Shown here: positions 23,458-35,499 of the stretch, one piece after another
Numbering within the stretch: the first letter of the stretch is position 1
Layout: the number at the start of each line of letters is the position of its first letter
Origin: Macrostomum lignano
Taxonomy: Eukaryota
Reading direction: 5' to 3'
Assembly (NCBI GenBank): GCA_002269645.1
Contig: NIVC01000284.1
Coordinates: forward strand, 62,001 to 126,000
Length of the DNA: 64,000 nucleotides
Translations under genes and position numbers: made by a program
Notes under the pieces: generated by a model
Database searches by the model: none
What the model saw: the letters and a program-made list of their open reading frames with translations, nothing else
What the model was told of the DNA's origin: nothing

Positions 23458-26400
23458 ATGCCAGATCAATTGGTTACCATGGCTGGAAATAATCAATTAA
23501 TAAAAGTTTCAACATTGATTATTTTAACATTGCAAAATGTGTCATTGATTCTTGTGATGCGCTACATTCGCACCAGACCTGGGGATATGTTCTTCTCATC
23601 TACAGCGGTTGTCTGCTCCGAGGTGGTGAAATTCTTTGTGTCCTGCGGCTTGGTGGCCTGGGAGTGCGGCTCTATGAAATCTTTCAGCGATTTTCTCATT
23701 AAAAATACATATGGAGATCCTATTGACTGTTTGAAAATATCTGTACCAGCTGTGATATATGTGCTGCAAAATAATCTGCTCTATGTTGCTATTAGTAACC
23801 TTGATGCTGTTACTTATCAGGTGAGCTTAGTCTGGCAGTTTGGCGTTTAAATACGGGCTGTTTTAAGGGAGGAAGCGCTTAAAGACAGGGGCTGTTTGAA
23901 GGAAGGAAGCGCTTAAAGACTGGGGCTGTTTGAAGGGAGGAAGCGCTTAAAGACTGGGGCTGTTTGAAGGGAGGAAGCGCTTAAAGACTGGGGCTGTTTG
24001 AAGGGAGGAAGCGCTTAAAGACTGGGGCTGTTTGAAGGAAGGAAGCGCTTAAAGACTGGGGCTATTTGAAGGGAGGAAGCGCTTAAAGACTGGGGCTGTT
24101 TTAAGGGAGGAAGCGCTTAAAGACTGGGGCTGTTTGAAGGAAGGAAGCGCTTAAAGACTGGGGCTGTTTGACGGGAGGAAGCGCTTAAAGACTGAGGCTG
24201 TTTGAAGGGAGGAAGCGCTTAAAGACTAGGGCTGTTTGAAGGGAGGAAGCGCTTAAAGACTAGGGCTGTTTGAAGGGAGGAAGCGCTTAAAGACTAGGGC
24301 TGTTTGAAGGGAGAAAGCGCTTAAAGACAGATGGTGTTCAAATGGAGAAGGTACTTAAAGACAGGGGCTGTTTGAAGGAAAAGGCGCTCAAAGACAGGGG
24401 CTGTTTGAAGGAAAAGGCGCTTAAAGACAGGGGCTGTTTGAAGGAAAAGGCGCTCAAAGACAGCGGCTGTTAGAAAGAAAAGGCGCTTAAAGACAGCGGC
24501 TGTTAGAAAGAAAAGGCGCTTAAAGACAGGGGCTGTTTAAAGGAAAAGGCGCTTAAAGACAGGGGCTGTTTAAAGGAAAACGCGCTTAAAGACAGATAGT
24601 GTTTTAATGGAAAAGGTACTTAAAGACAGGGGCTGTTTGAAGGGAAAAACGCTTAAAGACAGGGGCTGTTAGAAAGAAAAGGCGCTTAAAGACAGGGGCT
24701 GTTTAAAGGAAAATGCGCTTAAAGACAGGGGCTGTTTAAAGGAAAAGGCGCTTAAAGACAGATAGTGTTTGAAGGAAAAGGTACTTAAAGACAGGGGCTG
24801 TTTGATGGAGAAAGCGTGTTTACTTGCACATTCACCAAATTCACCAACACCCCAGGTCACCTACCAGTTGAAACTGCTCACTACGGCATTCTTTTCGGTT
24901 ATAATTCTCCGTAAAGCGTTGAGCAAAATACAATGGGTCAGCTTGGTGGCCCTGTTTGCTGGCGTCGCCATTGTGCAGTTGCAGACTGTTAAACATTATA
25001 ATAAAGTTGGCGTGGAACAGAATCCTTTGCTGGGATTGCTGGCTGTGGTTGTAGCGTGTCTGATGTCAGGTAAGAAATTCAATTCATCTGTTATAAATCA
25101 TTGTTTAAGCTGTATCAATCTGATTGTCTGCGTTTCAACTAAGTCACTCTGTCAGTGTGTTGGGTTTGTCAGTGAGTCACTCTGTCAGTGTGTTGGGTTT
25201 GTCAGTGAGTCACTCTGTCAGTGTGTTAGGTTTGTCAGTGAGTCACTCTGTCAGTGTGTTGGGTTTGTCAGTGAGTCACTCTGTCAGTGTGTTAGGTTTG
25301 TCAGTGAGTCACTCTGTCAGTGTGTTGGGTTTGTCAGTGAGTCACTCTGTCAGTGTGTTGGGTTTGTCAGTGAGTCACTCTGTCAGTGTGTTAGGTTTGT
25401 CAGTGAGTCACTCTGTCAGTGTGTTGGGTTTGTCAGTGAGTCACTCTGTCAGTGTGTTAGGTTTGTCAGTGAGTCACTCTGTCAGTGTTTTGGGTTTGTC
25501 AGTGAGTCACTCTGTCAGTGTGTTAGGTTTGTCAGTGAGTCACTCTGTCAGTGTGTTGGGTTTGTCAGTGAGTCACTCTGTCAGTGTGTTGGGTTTGTCA
25601 GTGAGTCACTCTGTCAGTGTGTTGGGTTTGTCAGTGAGTCACTCTGTCAGTGTGTTGGGTTTGTCAGTGAGTCACTCTGTCAGTGTGTTGGGTTTGTCAG
25701 TGAGTCACTCTGTCAGTGTGTTGGGTTTGTCAGTGAGTCACTCTGTCAGTGTGTTAGGTTTGTCAGTGAGTCACTCTGTCAGTGTGTTAGGTTTGTCAGT
25801 GAGTCACTCTGTCAGTGTGTTGGGTTTGTCAGTGAGTCACTCTGTCAGTGTGTTGGGTTTGTCAGTGAGTCACTCTGTCAGTGTGTTGGGTTTGTCAGTG
25901 AATCACTCTGTCAGTGTGTTGGGTTTGTCAGTGAATCATTTTGATTGTCAGTCAGTCAGTCAGTGCAAAGTCAATTATTGACTCTTATGATTCTGTCTAT
26001 AAAACTATAAGTCAACAGCTTATTCTTTGCCGGTAAAGGTTCACTCGCACCCACCCACGACTTATTGAGAATTTCTGATCCAATATTCCCTACCGTATGT
26101 TTGTTCAGCTGCTAGCTGCCTGAATAGGCGGTCTTATATTGCCTCCGATTGTGTTAGGTTTTTGTCAAGCACCCCGTCTCTCTACTTCCTCTTACTGTTT
26201 TGACCTGATTTCTTCGTCAAACTATGCGCATTGCGCACAAGTAGTTTTAGCGTATATGATATTATTAAAGTAAATGTTTTCAATTTCATAGCCTTGGTTT
26301 CTTGGTTTCTGTTGATTTCTCTGTTATACCTGTTAGACACATCTCTAACTTGTTAGACACATCTCTGACTTGTTAGACACATCTCTTACCTGTTAGACAC

Positions 26401-27696
26401 ATCTCTGACTTGTTAGACACATCTCTTACCTGTTAGACACAACTCTTACCTGTTAGACACATCTCTGACTTGTTAGACACATCTCTGACTTGTTAGACAC
26501 ATCTCTTATCTGTTAGACACATCTCTGACCTGTTAGACACATCTCTGACTTGTTAGACACATCTCTGACTTGTTAGACACATCTCTTACCTGTTAGACAC
26601 AACTCTTACCTGTTAGACACATCTCTGACCTGTTAGACACATCTCTTATCTGTTAGACACATCTCTGACTTATTAGACACATCTCTTACCTGTTAGACAC
26701 AACTCTTACTTGTTAGACACATCTCTTACTTGTTAGACACATCTCTTACCTATTAGACACATCTCTTATCTGTTAGACACATCTCTTACTTGTTAGACAC
26801 ATCTCTGACCTGTTAGACACATCTCTGACTTGTTAGACACATCTCTGACTTGTTAGACACATCTCTTATCTGTTAGACACATCTCTGACCTGTTAGACAC
26901 ATCTCTGACTTGTTAGACACATCTCTGACTTGTTAGACACATCTCTTACCTGTTAGACACATCTCTGACTTGTTAGACACATCTTTTACCTGTTAGACAC
27001 ATCTCTGACTTGTTAGACACATCTCTTACCTGTTAGACACAACTCTTACTTGTTAGATGCACAATTGCATATGTTAAATACACAGTTGCATATGTTAGAT
27101 ATACAGTTTCATGTGTTAGATATACAGTTTCATGTGTTAGATACATTCCCAGAGCCCTTCCAACTCGCGCAGGTTTTGCTGGTGTGTACTTTGAGTTCAT
27201 GCTCAAGAACACGGAGAAGTCGCTATGGTGGCGTAATGTTCAGCTTGCATTTGAAGGCGTGCTATTCGGCGTGGCAACCGCTTATATTAATGACGGCTCC
27301 ATGCTGATGAACAAAGGATTCCTGTATGGTTACGACGGCTGGGTGCTGTTCGTCATCTTACTGCAGAGCGTTGGCGGCCTTGTAGTAGCCGTTGTAGTGA
27401 AATATCTCGACAATATCATTAAAGGATTTGCAACATCCGCCGCCATCATCATTGCGTGCATATTTTCAATCTACATGTTCAACTTCCAGTTGAGTCCGCA
27501 GTTTGTGCTGGGAACTTCCCTGGTTATTGCCGCTATCTTTGCCTATGCCAAGTTTGGGGTGGCCCGACTGTCGGTGCAAACTAAGACTGTTCAGCCAACG
27601 CCGAAGCCAAGTAGCAGCGGTTTGTCCGGCGTTGGCAGTGATGCCATCCAGACTGGCGACTCTGTTGCGGTGAAACTGTCAGATCATTCTGGTTGA
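23458..27696 (+). CDS. SLC35A: Nucleotide-sugar transporter, SLC35A family (UDP-Gal/UDP-GlcNAc/CMP-Sia transporter-like)
   Basis: Exons 23458-23820, 24856-25069 and 27173-27696 (TGA), phases 0 and 1. Motifs: IYVLQNNLLYVAISNLDAVTYQ|VTYQLKLLTTA, SG|FAGVYFE, SLWWRNVQL, VVKYLDNIIKGFATS. The subtype (A1/A2/A3) cannot be resolved by eye. Confidence 0.93.
23850..24810. repeat. 34-bp tandem repeat filling SLC35A intron 1
   Basis: GGGGCTGTTTGAAGGGAGGAAGCGCTTAAAGACT, about 28 units. Confidence 0.95.
25141..25940. repeat. 33-bp tandem repeat in SLC35A intron 2
   Basis: GTCACTCTGTCAGTGTGTTGGGTTTGTCAGTGA, about 24 units. Confidence 0.96.
26330..27140. repeat. 20-bp tandem repeat (TGTTAGACACATCTCTGACT) in SLC35A intron 2
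   Basis: About 36 units that decay toward the exon 3 acceptor. Confidence 0.94.
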
Positions 27697-27844
27697 CCTG
27701 ATTTTTGTTTTCATATAGAGTATCGTCGCTGTAAAAGGCTAATCGGGATTTAATATGGGAACATGTATTGTATATGCATAGGGAGTAGAAAAGAGAAAGT
27801 ACAAGCCAGGTGTATTGATAGTTTTGATACAAATCCTTTGTTGG

Positions 27845-28625
27845 TAGCCTCCCAGATCCTCAGTTGCTGGGCCATTCAGCCTCCCAGATCATCAGTTGCT
27901 AAGCCAGCCTCCCAGATCCTCAGTTGTTGGGCCAGCCCTCCAGATCCTCAGTTGCTGTTCCACCAGCCTCCCAGATCCTCAGTTGCTGAGCCAGCCTCCC
28001 AGATCCTCAGTTGTTGGGCCAGCCTCCCAGATCCTCAGTTGTTGGGCCAGCCCTCCAGATCCTCAGTTGCTGTTCCACCAGCCTCCCAGATCCTCATTTG
28101 CTGAGCCAGCCTCCCAGATCCTCAGTTGTTGGGCCAGCCTCCCAGATCCTCAGTTGTTGGGCCAGCCTCCCAGATCCTCAGTTGCTGTTCCACCAGCCTC
28201 CCAGATCCTCAGTTGCTGAGCCAGCCTCCCAGATCCTCAGTTGTTGGGCCAGCCCTCCAGATCCTCAGTTGCTGTTCCACCAGCCTCCCAGATCCTCAGT
28301 TGCTGAGCCAGCCTCCCAGATCCTCAGTTGCTGAGCCAGCCTCCCAGATCCTCAGTTGCTGTTCCACCAGCCTCCCAGATCCTCAGTTGCTGTTCCACCA
28401 GCCTCCCAGATCCTCAGTTGCTGAGCCAGCCTCCCAGATCCTCAGTTGTTGGGCCAGCCCTCCAGATCCTCAGTTGCTGTTCCACTAGCCTCCCAGATCC
28501 CCAGTTGCTGGGCCAGCCTCCCAGAGTGTCAGTTGCTGGGCCAGCCTCCCAGAGTGTCAATCGCCGGACCAGCCTCCCAAATCATCAGTTGCTGAGCCAG
28601 CCTCCCAGATCCTTAGTTATTGGGA
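27845..28625. repeat. 28-bp satellite family, copy 1 (CAGCCTCCCAGATCCTCAGTTGCTGGGC)
   Basis: About 26 units with 28/31-bp variants, downstream of the SLC35A stop. Confidence 0.94.
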
Positions 28626-28959
28626 TAGCCTCCACCATATGCGTACACTGACAATGAGGATAAAGTAAAATATTTAACTGTGCATGTTAAAATATACCAA
28701 TTACCCACTGGCGTCTATGGAATTTGTTGAAATCGCCTATTAGGTTCATTTTTAATAATAATTTAAAAAAGCAGGAAAATATTTGTGTAACGTGTATTTG
28801 CAGCTGGGTGTTTGATCTGTAACTATAATTAAATTTAGGGCGCAGTTTACATATTATATTATTCATCTTTTTTATTTGTATGATGCGAATTTACTTATAG
28901 TGTGAATGTGTTTATGTGTTATGAGATGAGTTCCTACCCTTTAGGACATTAGTTATACC

Positions 28960-29535
28960 TGTTAGACACCTTTTGTACCTGTTAGACACCGGGTTGACTT
29001 GTTAGACACCGTTTATACCTCTTAGACACTAGCCCTACCTGTTAGAAACGGGTTCTACCTGTTAGACACCGGTCTACCTGTTAACACTAGTTATAGCTGC
29101 TAAACACTGGTTCTACCTGTTAGACACCGGTCTACCTGTTAACACTAGTTATAGCTGCTAAACACTGGTTATACCTGTTAGACACCGGTCTACCTGTTAA
29201 CACTAGTTATAGCTGCTAAACACTGGTTATACCTGTTAGACACCGGTCTACCTGTTAACACTAGTTATAGCTGCTAAACACTGGTTATACCTGTTAGACA
29301 CCGGCTATACCCGTTAGACACCGGTTCTACCTGATAGACACCGGTTCTACCTGTTAGACACCGGTTATGCCTGTTAGACACCGGTTCTACCTGTTAACAC
29401 TGGCCCTACCTGTTAGACACCGGGTCTACCTGTTAAACACTAGTTATACCTGTTAGACACTGGTTATACCTGTTAGACACCGGCTATACCCGTTAGACAC
29501 CGGTTCTACCTGTTAGACACCGGTTATGCCTGTTA
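28960..29535. repeat. 20-21-bp tandem repeat (ACCTGTTAGACACCGGTTAT) with a higher-order about 62-bp triplication
   Basis: Shares the core CCTGTTAGACAC with the 26330 array. Confidence 0.88.
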
Positions 29536-30130
29536 TTCATGGACCTTACCTATCCATTAGAGATTTTTTTCTATTAATTCATCGTTCGCATTATACAAAG
29601 TGTTAACTGCGAAAAAAACTCAAAAATGTTATTTGAATGCCAAACTTTTTTCATTGTTTTGTCTTTTACTGTCTGATTGAAATCAAACGCACGGCTGGCC
29701 CACTTTATTGTAAATACAGAACCTAATTTTCTCTGCTTAGCATAAATAATCTGCTGATTGTTTTGTTTAACAATGTTTCGATATGATAGGTGTAAGACTG
29801 AATGTGTTTATCCGTTATAATAAAGCTATTAGTCACAATTTTACACATTAATATTGTTTAAACCTACTATGTAAATATTCTCAAAGTCATAGTTTTAAAA
29901 TATTATTTTCTAAAATTAAAATTGACGACTTTCTTTATACTCTGTGATGTAAAAGTTGCACAGATTTAATATTAAAATATTATTTCAATAATTTTTGCAC
30001 TCTTCGTGGTAAGTTGGCTATCTTATGTATTCTGTTTAACAACCCTCTTAAATATTGCAAACGTGTAAAATATTCTGTTTTGATGAATTTTCAATGTTTA
30101 TATAGTATGCAGTTATAAATTTTTACTTAA

Positions 30131-30560
30131 CACTCAGACATACGGTACATACTACTTACTAAAACAGCTTTATACTTTCAGTTCAGTAACAAAGAAGAAT
30201 ACTTAAGCTATTTTATAGAAATAAATGCAGCTGAAATGATTTTGATAAGCTTAGAAGCCAAAGCTTGCAGGCGTAAACAGCTTGCTAATTGGTTCAGCAC
30301 TAATGTACATTAGCCAGTCCACCGAAATGTACATGGCAGCTTTAGGCTGGAATTTTCCGAGATAAAATTAGAGCAATAAAAATTGGGGCGAGGCGGAGGG
30401 GGGGTACGCCGGTTGGATAGCTAAGCTGGGGTAAGAGCCAATAAATGAGTCTTGAATTTAAAAATGCATTAATATTTTTCTGTTTAACTTACTACTGAAC
30501 TGACAGTAGCTTACACGCAAATGCGCTGAGTGGCCCATCTGGTTATTCTAGTATCTGCAC
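30131..30560 (+). mobile_element. MITE family A, degraded copy
   Basis: Aligns by eye to 52238-52695. The left TIR is truncated and the right end is TGAGTGGCCCATCTGGTTATTCTAGTATCTG. Confidence 0.75.
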
Positions 30561-31179
30561 TTTACCGTGGTGTCGTGTTCTCTAGAGAATTAATAATATG
30601 TTAAACGGAAACTCGTGTCTGTCACTGCCTACGTACATATGCTGCTGTTCGGAATAGAAAGTTTATAACTCATCCTGCTTATTTATTTTTAAATATATTA
30701 TTAAATCAATGCGTTTTTCATTTCATGCCTTTTCATATAAACTTTCATTTTAATTGTTAGAAATTATCCAATTACGTACATATCCTGTGCCTAAAATTAA
30801 CCATTACAATTGCAAGGCTCGGCTCATTAGTTTTATGAATCTATTTATGATTATTAGCTGACTGTGTAACAGTATGTTTAAACAGAGATGATAAAATACA
30901 TTCATAAAACCATAATAAGTCAAACTGGGCCACGCATTTTTATGATTTCTAGCACAATGTACGTAGAATAAATAAAATTAACATAAAACCCTATTTTATA
31001 AAAAAAAGCTTTATGAATATCAATAGAGCTATAAGAAGGCAAAACATTTAAAAAGATGAAAATTTGGTCTGCCTCCTATCGAAATCAGTAACAATTTTTG
31101 TGCTGAAAAAATAAAAAGTTCCTATTTCCGTAGTGTCTTTTTTCGAAAAAACTGCCTCTTAAAATTTTCAAACACCGGA

Positions 31180-31860
31180 CACCTGATAACCAACTAGCCA
31201 TTCAGACACACCTACCCCAATCTTTGCACCTGATAACCCATTAGCCAACTCAAACACACCCACCCCAATCTCCACACCTGATAACCCATTAGCCAATTTA
31301 GACACAACCACCCCAATCTCCACACCTGATAACCAATTATCCAATTCAGACACACCTACCCCAGCCTCCACACCTGATAACCCATTATCCAATTCAGACA
31401 CACCTACCCCAGCCTCCACACCTGATAACCCATTAGCCAATTTAGACACACCCACCCCAGCCTCCTCACCTGATAACCAATTATCCAATTCAGACACACC
31501 CACCCCAGCCTCCACACCTGATAACCCATTAGCCAATTCAGACACACCCACCCCAGCCTCCACACCTGATAACCAATTAGCCAGTTCAGACACACCCACC
31601 CCAGCCTCCACACCTGATAACCAATTAGCCAGTTTAGACACACCCACCCCAGCCTCCACACCTGATAACCAATTAGCCAGTTCAGACACACCCACCCCAG
31701 CCTCCACACCTGATAACCAATTATCCAATTCAGACACACCCACCCCAGCCTCCACACCTGATAACCAATTAGCCAATAAAGATACACCAACCCCAATCTT
31801 CACACCTGATAACCAATTAGCCAATTCAAACACACCTACTCCAATCCTTAATGGTGATAA
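31180..31860. repeat. 48-bp tandem repeat immediately upstream of the caspase ATG
   Basis: CCAATTCAGACACACCCACCCCAGCCTCCACACCTGATAACCAATTAG, about 14 units. Confidence 0.92.
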
Positions 31861-31866
31861 TTAGCA

Positions 31867-33984
31867 ATGACCGCACCGCTACCCAATACACCACTGGACC
31901 CAGCGCTGGAGTACAGCATGGACCACAAGAAGCGGGGTTTCTTTATAATCATCAACCAGGTGAAATTTGAGTCGCGAACCGGGCAAAAGGAGCGCACAGG
32001 CTCTGATTTGGACGCGGCAAAACTTGAAGAGACTTTCAAAATCCTCGGCTTCAACGTGCTGCCGTTTAGAAATTTAAAGCTGGCCGACCTGCGTAGACTG
32101 CTGGCTGAGTACGGCCAGAAGGACCACAGCGACAATGACTGCTTTGGACTGGCCATGATGTCGCATGGAGAGCAGGATATCATCTACTGCACAGATGGGT
32201 CGCTGAAGGTTGACGAGCTTACTAAGCCGTTTCGGGCTGACAACTGCGCCAGCCTCATTGGCAAGCCTAAGCTGTTCTTCTTCCAGGTGAGCACCAGCCT
32301 CCCAGGATTCATTCCTCAGTTGCTGGGCCACAACCTCCCAGATCCTCAGTTGCTGGGCCAGCCTCACAGATTTTCAGTTGCTGGGCCACAACCTCCCAGA
32401 TCCTCAGTTGCTTGGCCAGCCTCCCAGATCCTCAGTTGCATGGCCAGCCTCCCAGATCCCCAGTTGCTGGGCCAGCCTCCCAGATCCCCAGTTGCTGGGC
32501 CAGCCTCCCAGATCCCCAGTTGCTGGGCCAGCCTCCCAGATCCCCAGTTGCTGGGCCAGCCTCCCAGATCCCCAGTTGCTGGGTCAGCCTCCCAGATCCT
32601 CAGTTGCTGGGTCAGCCTCCCAGATCCCCAGTTGCTGGGCCAGCCTCCCAGATCCCCAGTTGCTGGGCCAGCCTCCCAGATCCCCAGTTGCTGGGCCAGC
32701 CTCCCAGATCCCCAGTTGCTGGGCCAGCCTCCCAGATCCCCAGTTGCTGGGTCAGCCTCCCAGATCTGTACTCAATCGCTAGACTTCTCAGACGCGCGAA
32801 GTCTGCCAACCTTATTCAGCCTATGAGCAAATTTAATATTTTTAATTTTCTATGAGTACCTAGCCATCCTACTTATGAGTAGTCAGAAATGCTAATTTCA
32901 ACATAAAACCCTGCAGGCCTGTCGCGGTTTTACCTTCGACGACGGAGTTGAAAAAACGGACGCCGATCTGCCGGAAGACGAGGATCTGGAGGAGGAGAGG
33001 GTGCAGCGGCTGCCGATTGAGGCAGATAATTTTTTCTTTTATTCTACGCCGCCTGGTTATTTCAGCTGGAAGAATGCTCTGTATGGCTCCTGGTTCATTC
33101 AGGTGCGGTTTTCGTAACCTTGATGTCATATTAATAATGATTTCATACTTATTGGTAAATACATTACCGTAGTTAAAGTTACGTTTCTGTAGGATTTTCC
33201 AGGAATCGCCTCATCTGAGATCCTCAATTTTAATTTGGGATTTTCCAGGAATCGCCTCATCTCAGGCCCTCAGTTTTGAATTAGGGATTTTCTAACAATC
33301 GCCTAATCTCAGATCCTCCATTCTAATTTGGGATTTTATAGGAATCGCCTCATCTCAGATCCTCAATTTTAATTTGGGATTTTCTTAGAATCGCCTCATC
33401 TCATATCCTTAATTTTGACTTGGGGATTTTCCAGGAATCGCCTTATCTCAGATCCTCAATTTTAATTTGGGATTTTCTAGGAATCACCTCATCTCAGGCC
33501 CTCAGTTTTAAATTAGGGATTTTCTAACAATCGTCTTATCTCAGATCCTCAATTCTAATTTGGGATTTTTCAGGAATCGTCTCATCTCAGATCCTTAATT
33601 TTGACTTGGGGATTTTCCAGGAATCGCCTTATCTCAGATCCTCAATTCTAATTTGGGATTTTTCAGGAATCGTCTCATCTCAGATCCTCGATTTTGATTT
33701 GAACAAAAATTTGACTTTCAAAACTATCACTCTTTCATCGCCGATTATTCCAGGAGCTGTGCCGTGTCCTGGACCAATGGGGCACCCGGCATGAGTTCAG
33801 CCAGCTGATGGTCAGTGTACAACGCGAAGTGGCTTCAAATCGTCACGAGAGCCTGACAGACAGAGCCGCTACCAGCCGTAAGAAGCAGATGCCCGTATCG
33901 GTCAGTCAGCTGACTAAGCTGCTCTACTTTCGGCCGAAGCTGCCGCCTCAACTTCCTAGGGTTGCTCCTAGTAGCGAGTCATAG
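31867..33984 (+). CDS. Effector-type caspase (caspase-3/7-like)
   Basis: Exons 31867-32286, 32917-33102 and 33754-33984 (TAG), all phase 0, giving about 278 aa. Motifs: EYSMDHKKRG, RTGSDLD, MSHG, GKPKLFFFQ|ACRG, EAD..YST.PGYFSW, GSWFIQ|ELC, KKQMP, LTKLLYF. An additional upstream exon cannot be excluded. Confidence 0.93.
32290..32765. repeat. 28-bp satellite family, copy 2, starting at the donor of caspase intron 1
   Basis: Same unit as 27845-28625. Confidence 0.94.
33190..33700. repeat. About 46-bp tandem repeat in caspase intron 2
   Basis: GGGATTTTCCAGGAATCGCCTCATCTCAGATCCTCAATTTTAATTT, about 11 units. Confidence 0.9.
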
Positions 33985-34284
33985 TTCAACGTATTGAAAA
34001 ACTTTAAAATCGGTCCAACTTGAATCTCATTTTGTCCCCTGTGATAACATTGTTTTCCAATATATATATTTTAACAATATCACTATTTATACTGCGTGTG
34101 TTTTATAAAAAGATACGAATTCTTTCTTCGAAATCACTTTTGCTGCTTTTGCGCTTCTTTCAGTATAATTTTTGTAACTTCATTATGCATTCCTGTGGCT
34201 ATTTTGCCAGGGTACATTCCAGGCCACTTTCCTGTCAGTTTTTACTCTGCAGAATTTCATTATTTTTAATCAGTATAACAACCT

Positions 34285-35090
34285 TCCAAATCCTCAGTTG
34301 CTAGGCCAGCCTCTCAGATCCCCAGTTGCTGAGCCAGCCTCCCAGATCCCCAGTTGCTGGGCCAGCCTCCCAGATCCCCAGTTGCTGGGTCAGCCTCCCA
34401 GATCCCCAGTTGCTGGGCCAGCCTCCCAGATCCTCAGTTGCTGGGCCAGCCTCCCAGATCCTCAGTTGCTGGGCCAGCCTCCCAGATCCTCAGTTGCTGG
34501 GCCAGCCTCCCAGATCCTCAGTTGCTGGGCCAGCCTCTCAGATCCTCAGTTGCTGGGCCAGCCTCCCAGATCCTCAGTTGCTGGGCCAGCCTCCCAGATC
34601 CCCAGTTGCTGGGCCAGCCTCCCAGATCCTCAGTTGCTGGGCCAGCCTCCCAGATCCTCAGTTGCTGGGCCAGCCTCCCAGATCCTCAGTTGCTGGGCCA
34701 GCCTCCCAGATCCTCAGTTGCTGGGCCAGCCTCCCAGATCCTCAGTTGCTGGGCCAGCCTCCCAGATCCTCAGTTGCTGGGCCAGCCTCCCAGATCCTCA
34801 GTTGCTGGGCCAGCCTCCCAGATCCTCAGTTGCTGGGCCAGCCTCTCAGATCCTCAGTTGCTGGGCCAGCCTCCCAGATCCTCAGTTGCTGGGCCAGCCT
34901 CCCAGATCCTCAGTTGCTGGGCCAGCCTCTCAGATCCTCAGTTGCTGGGCCAGCCTCCCAGATCCTCAGTTGCTGGGCCAGCCTCCCAGATCCCCAGTTG
35001 CTGGGCCAGCCTCCCAGATCCTCAGTTGCTGGGCCAGCCTCCCAGATCCTCAGTTGCTGGGCCAGCCTCCCAGATCCTCAGTTGCTGGGC
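34285..35090. repeat. 28-bp satellite family, copy 3, downstream of the caspase
   Basis: About 28 highly homogeneous units. Confidence 0.96.
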
Positions 35091-35499
35091 ATCTCATTCC
35101 ACTTATTACGATCAATATCGAAAGTGTCAGATTGCCCCAATCTACACTTCTAGACCAGCCGATATAATAGGCTGGTTATTCCAGATTTTCAGGGCTTTTG
35201 AAGGTGCTTCACTAACCTAATAGTAGGTTTTTGTGCCTTAAAGAATCTCCATTGATAAAATTGTTTTTACAATAAAATCTTTATTCCAATTTTTTATCTG
35301 CATGGCTATCCGACAGTTGCCTACCAGTTTTTTATTTTAGACTTTAATTTGTATTTCAGACATAAAAAGAAGCAGAATTGCCAACTAATCTTCAATACAT
35401 TTTACTTGTTTTTTATCCTAACTAAATGAGCATTTTTTTCTTTAAATAGTTTATTTGTGAAGCTATAAAAATTAGAAAAATGTGAAGCCTTAAGTTTTG

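Noticed and set aside
34298-35220. Three overlapping 275-289-aa ORFs
   Set aside because: All three frames of the 28-bp satellite lack stops, so these are artefacts.
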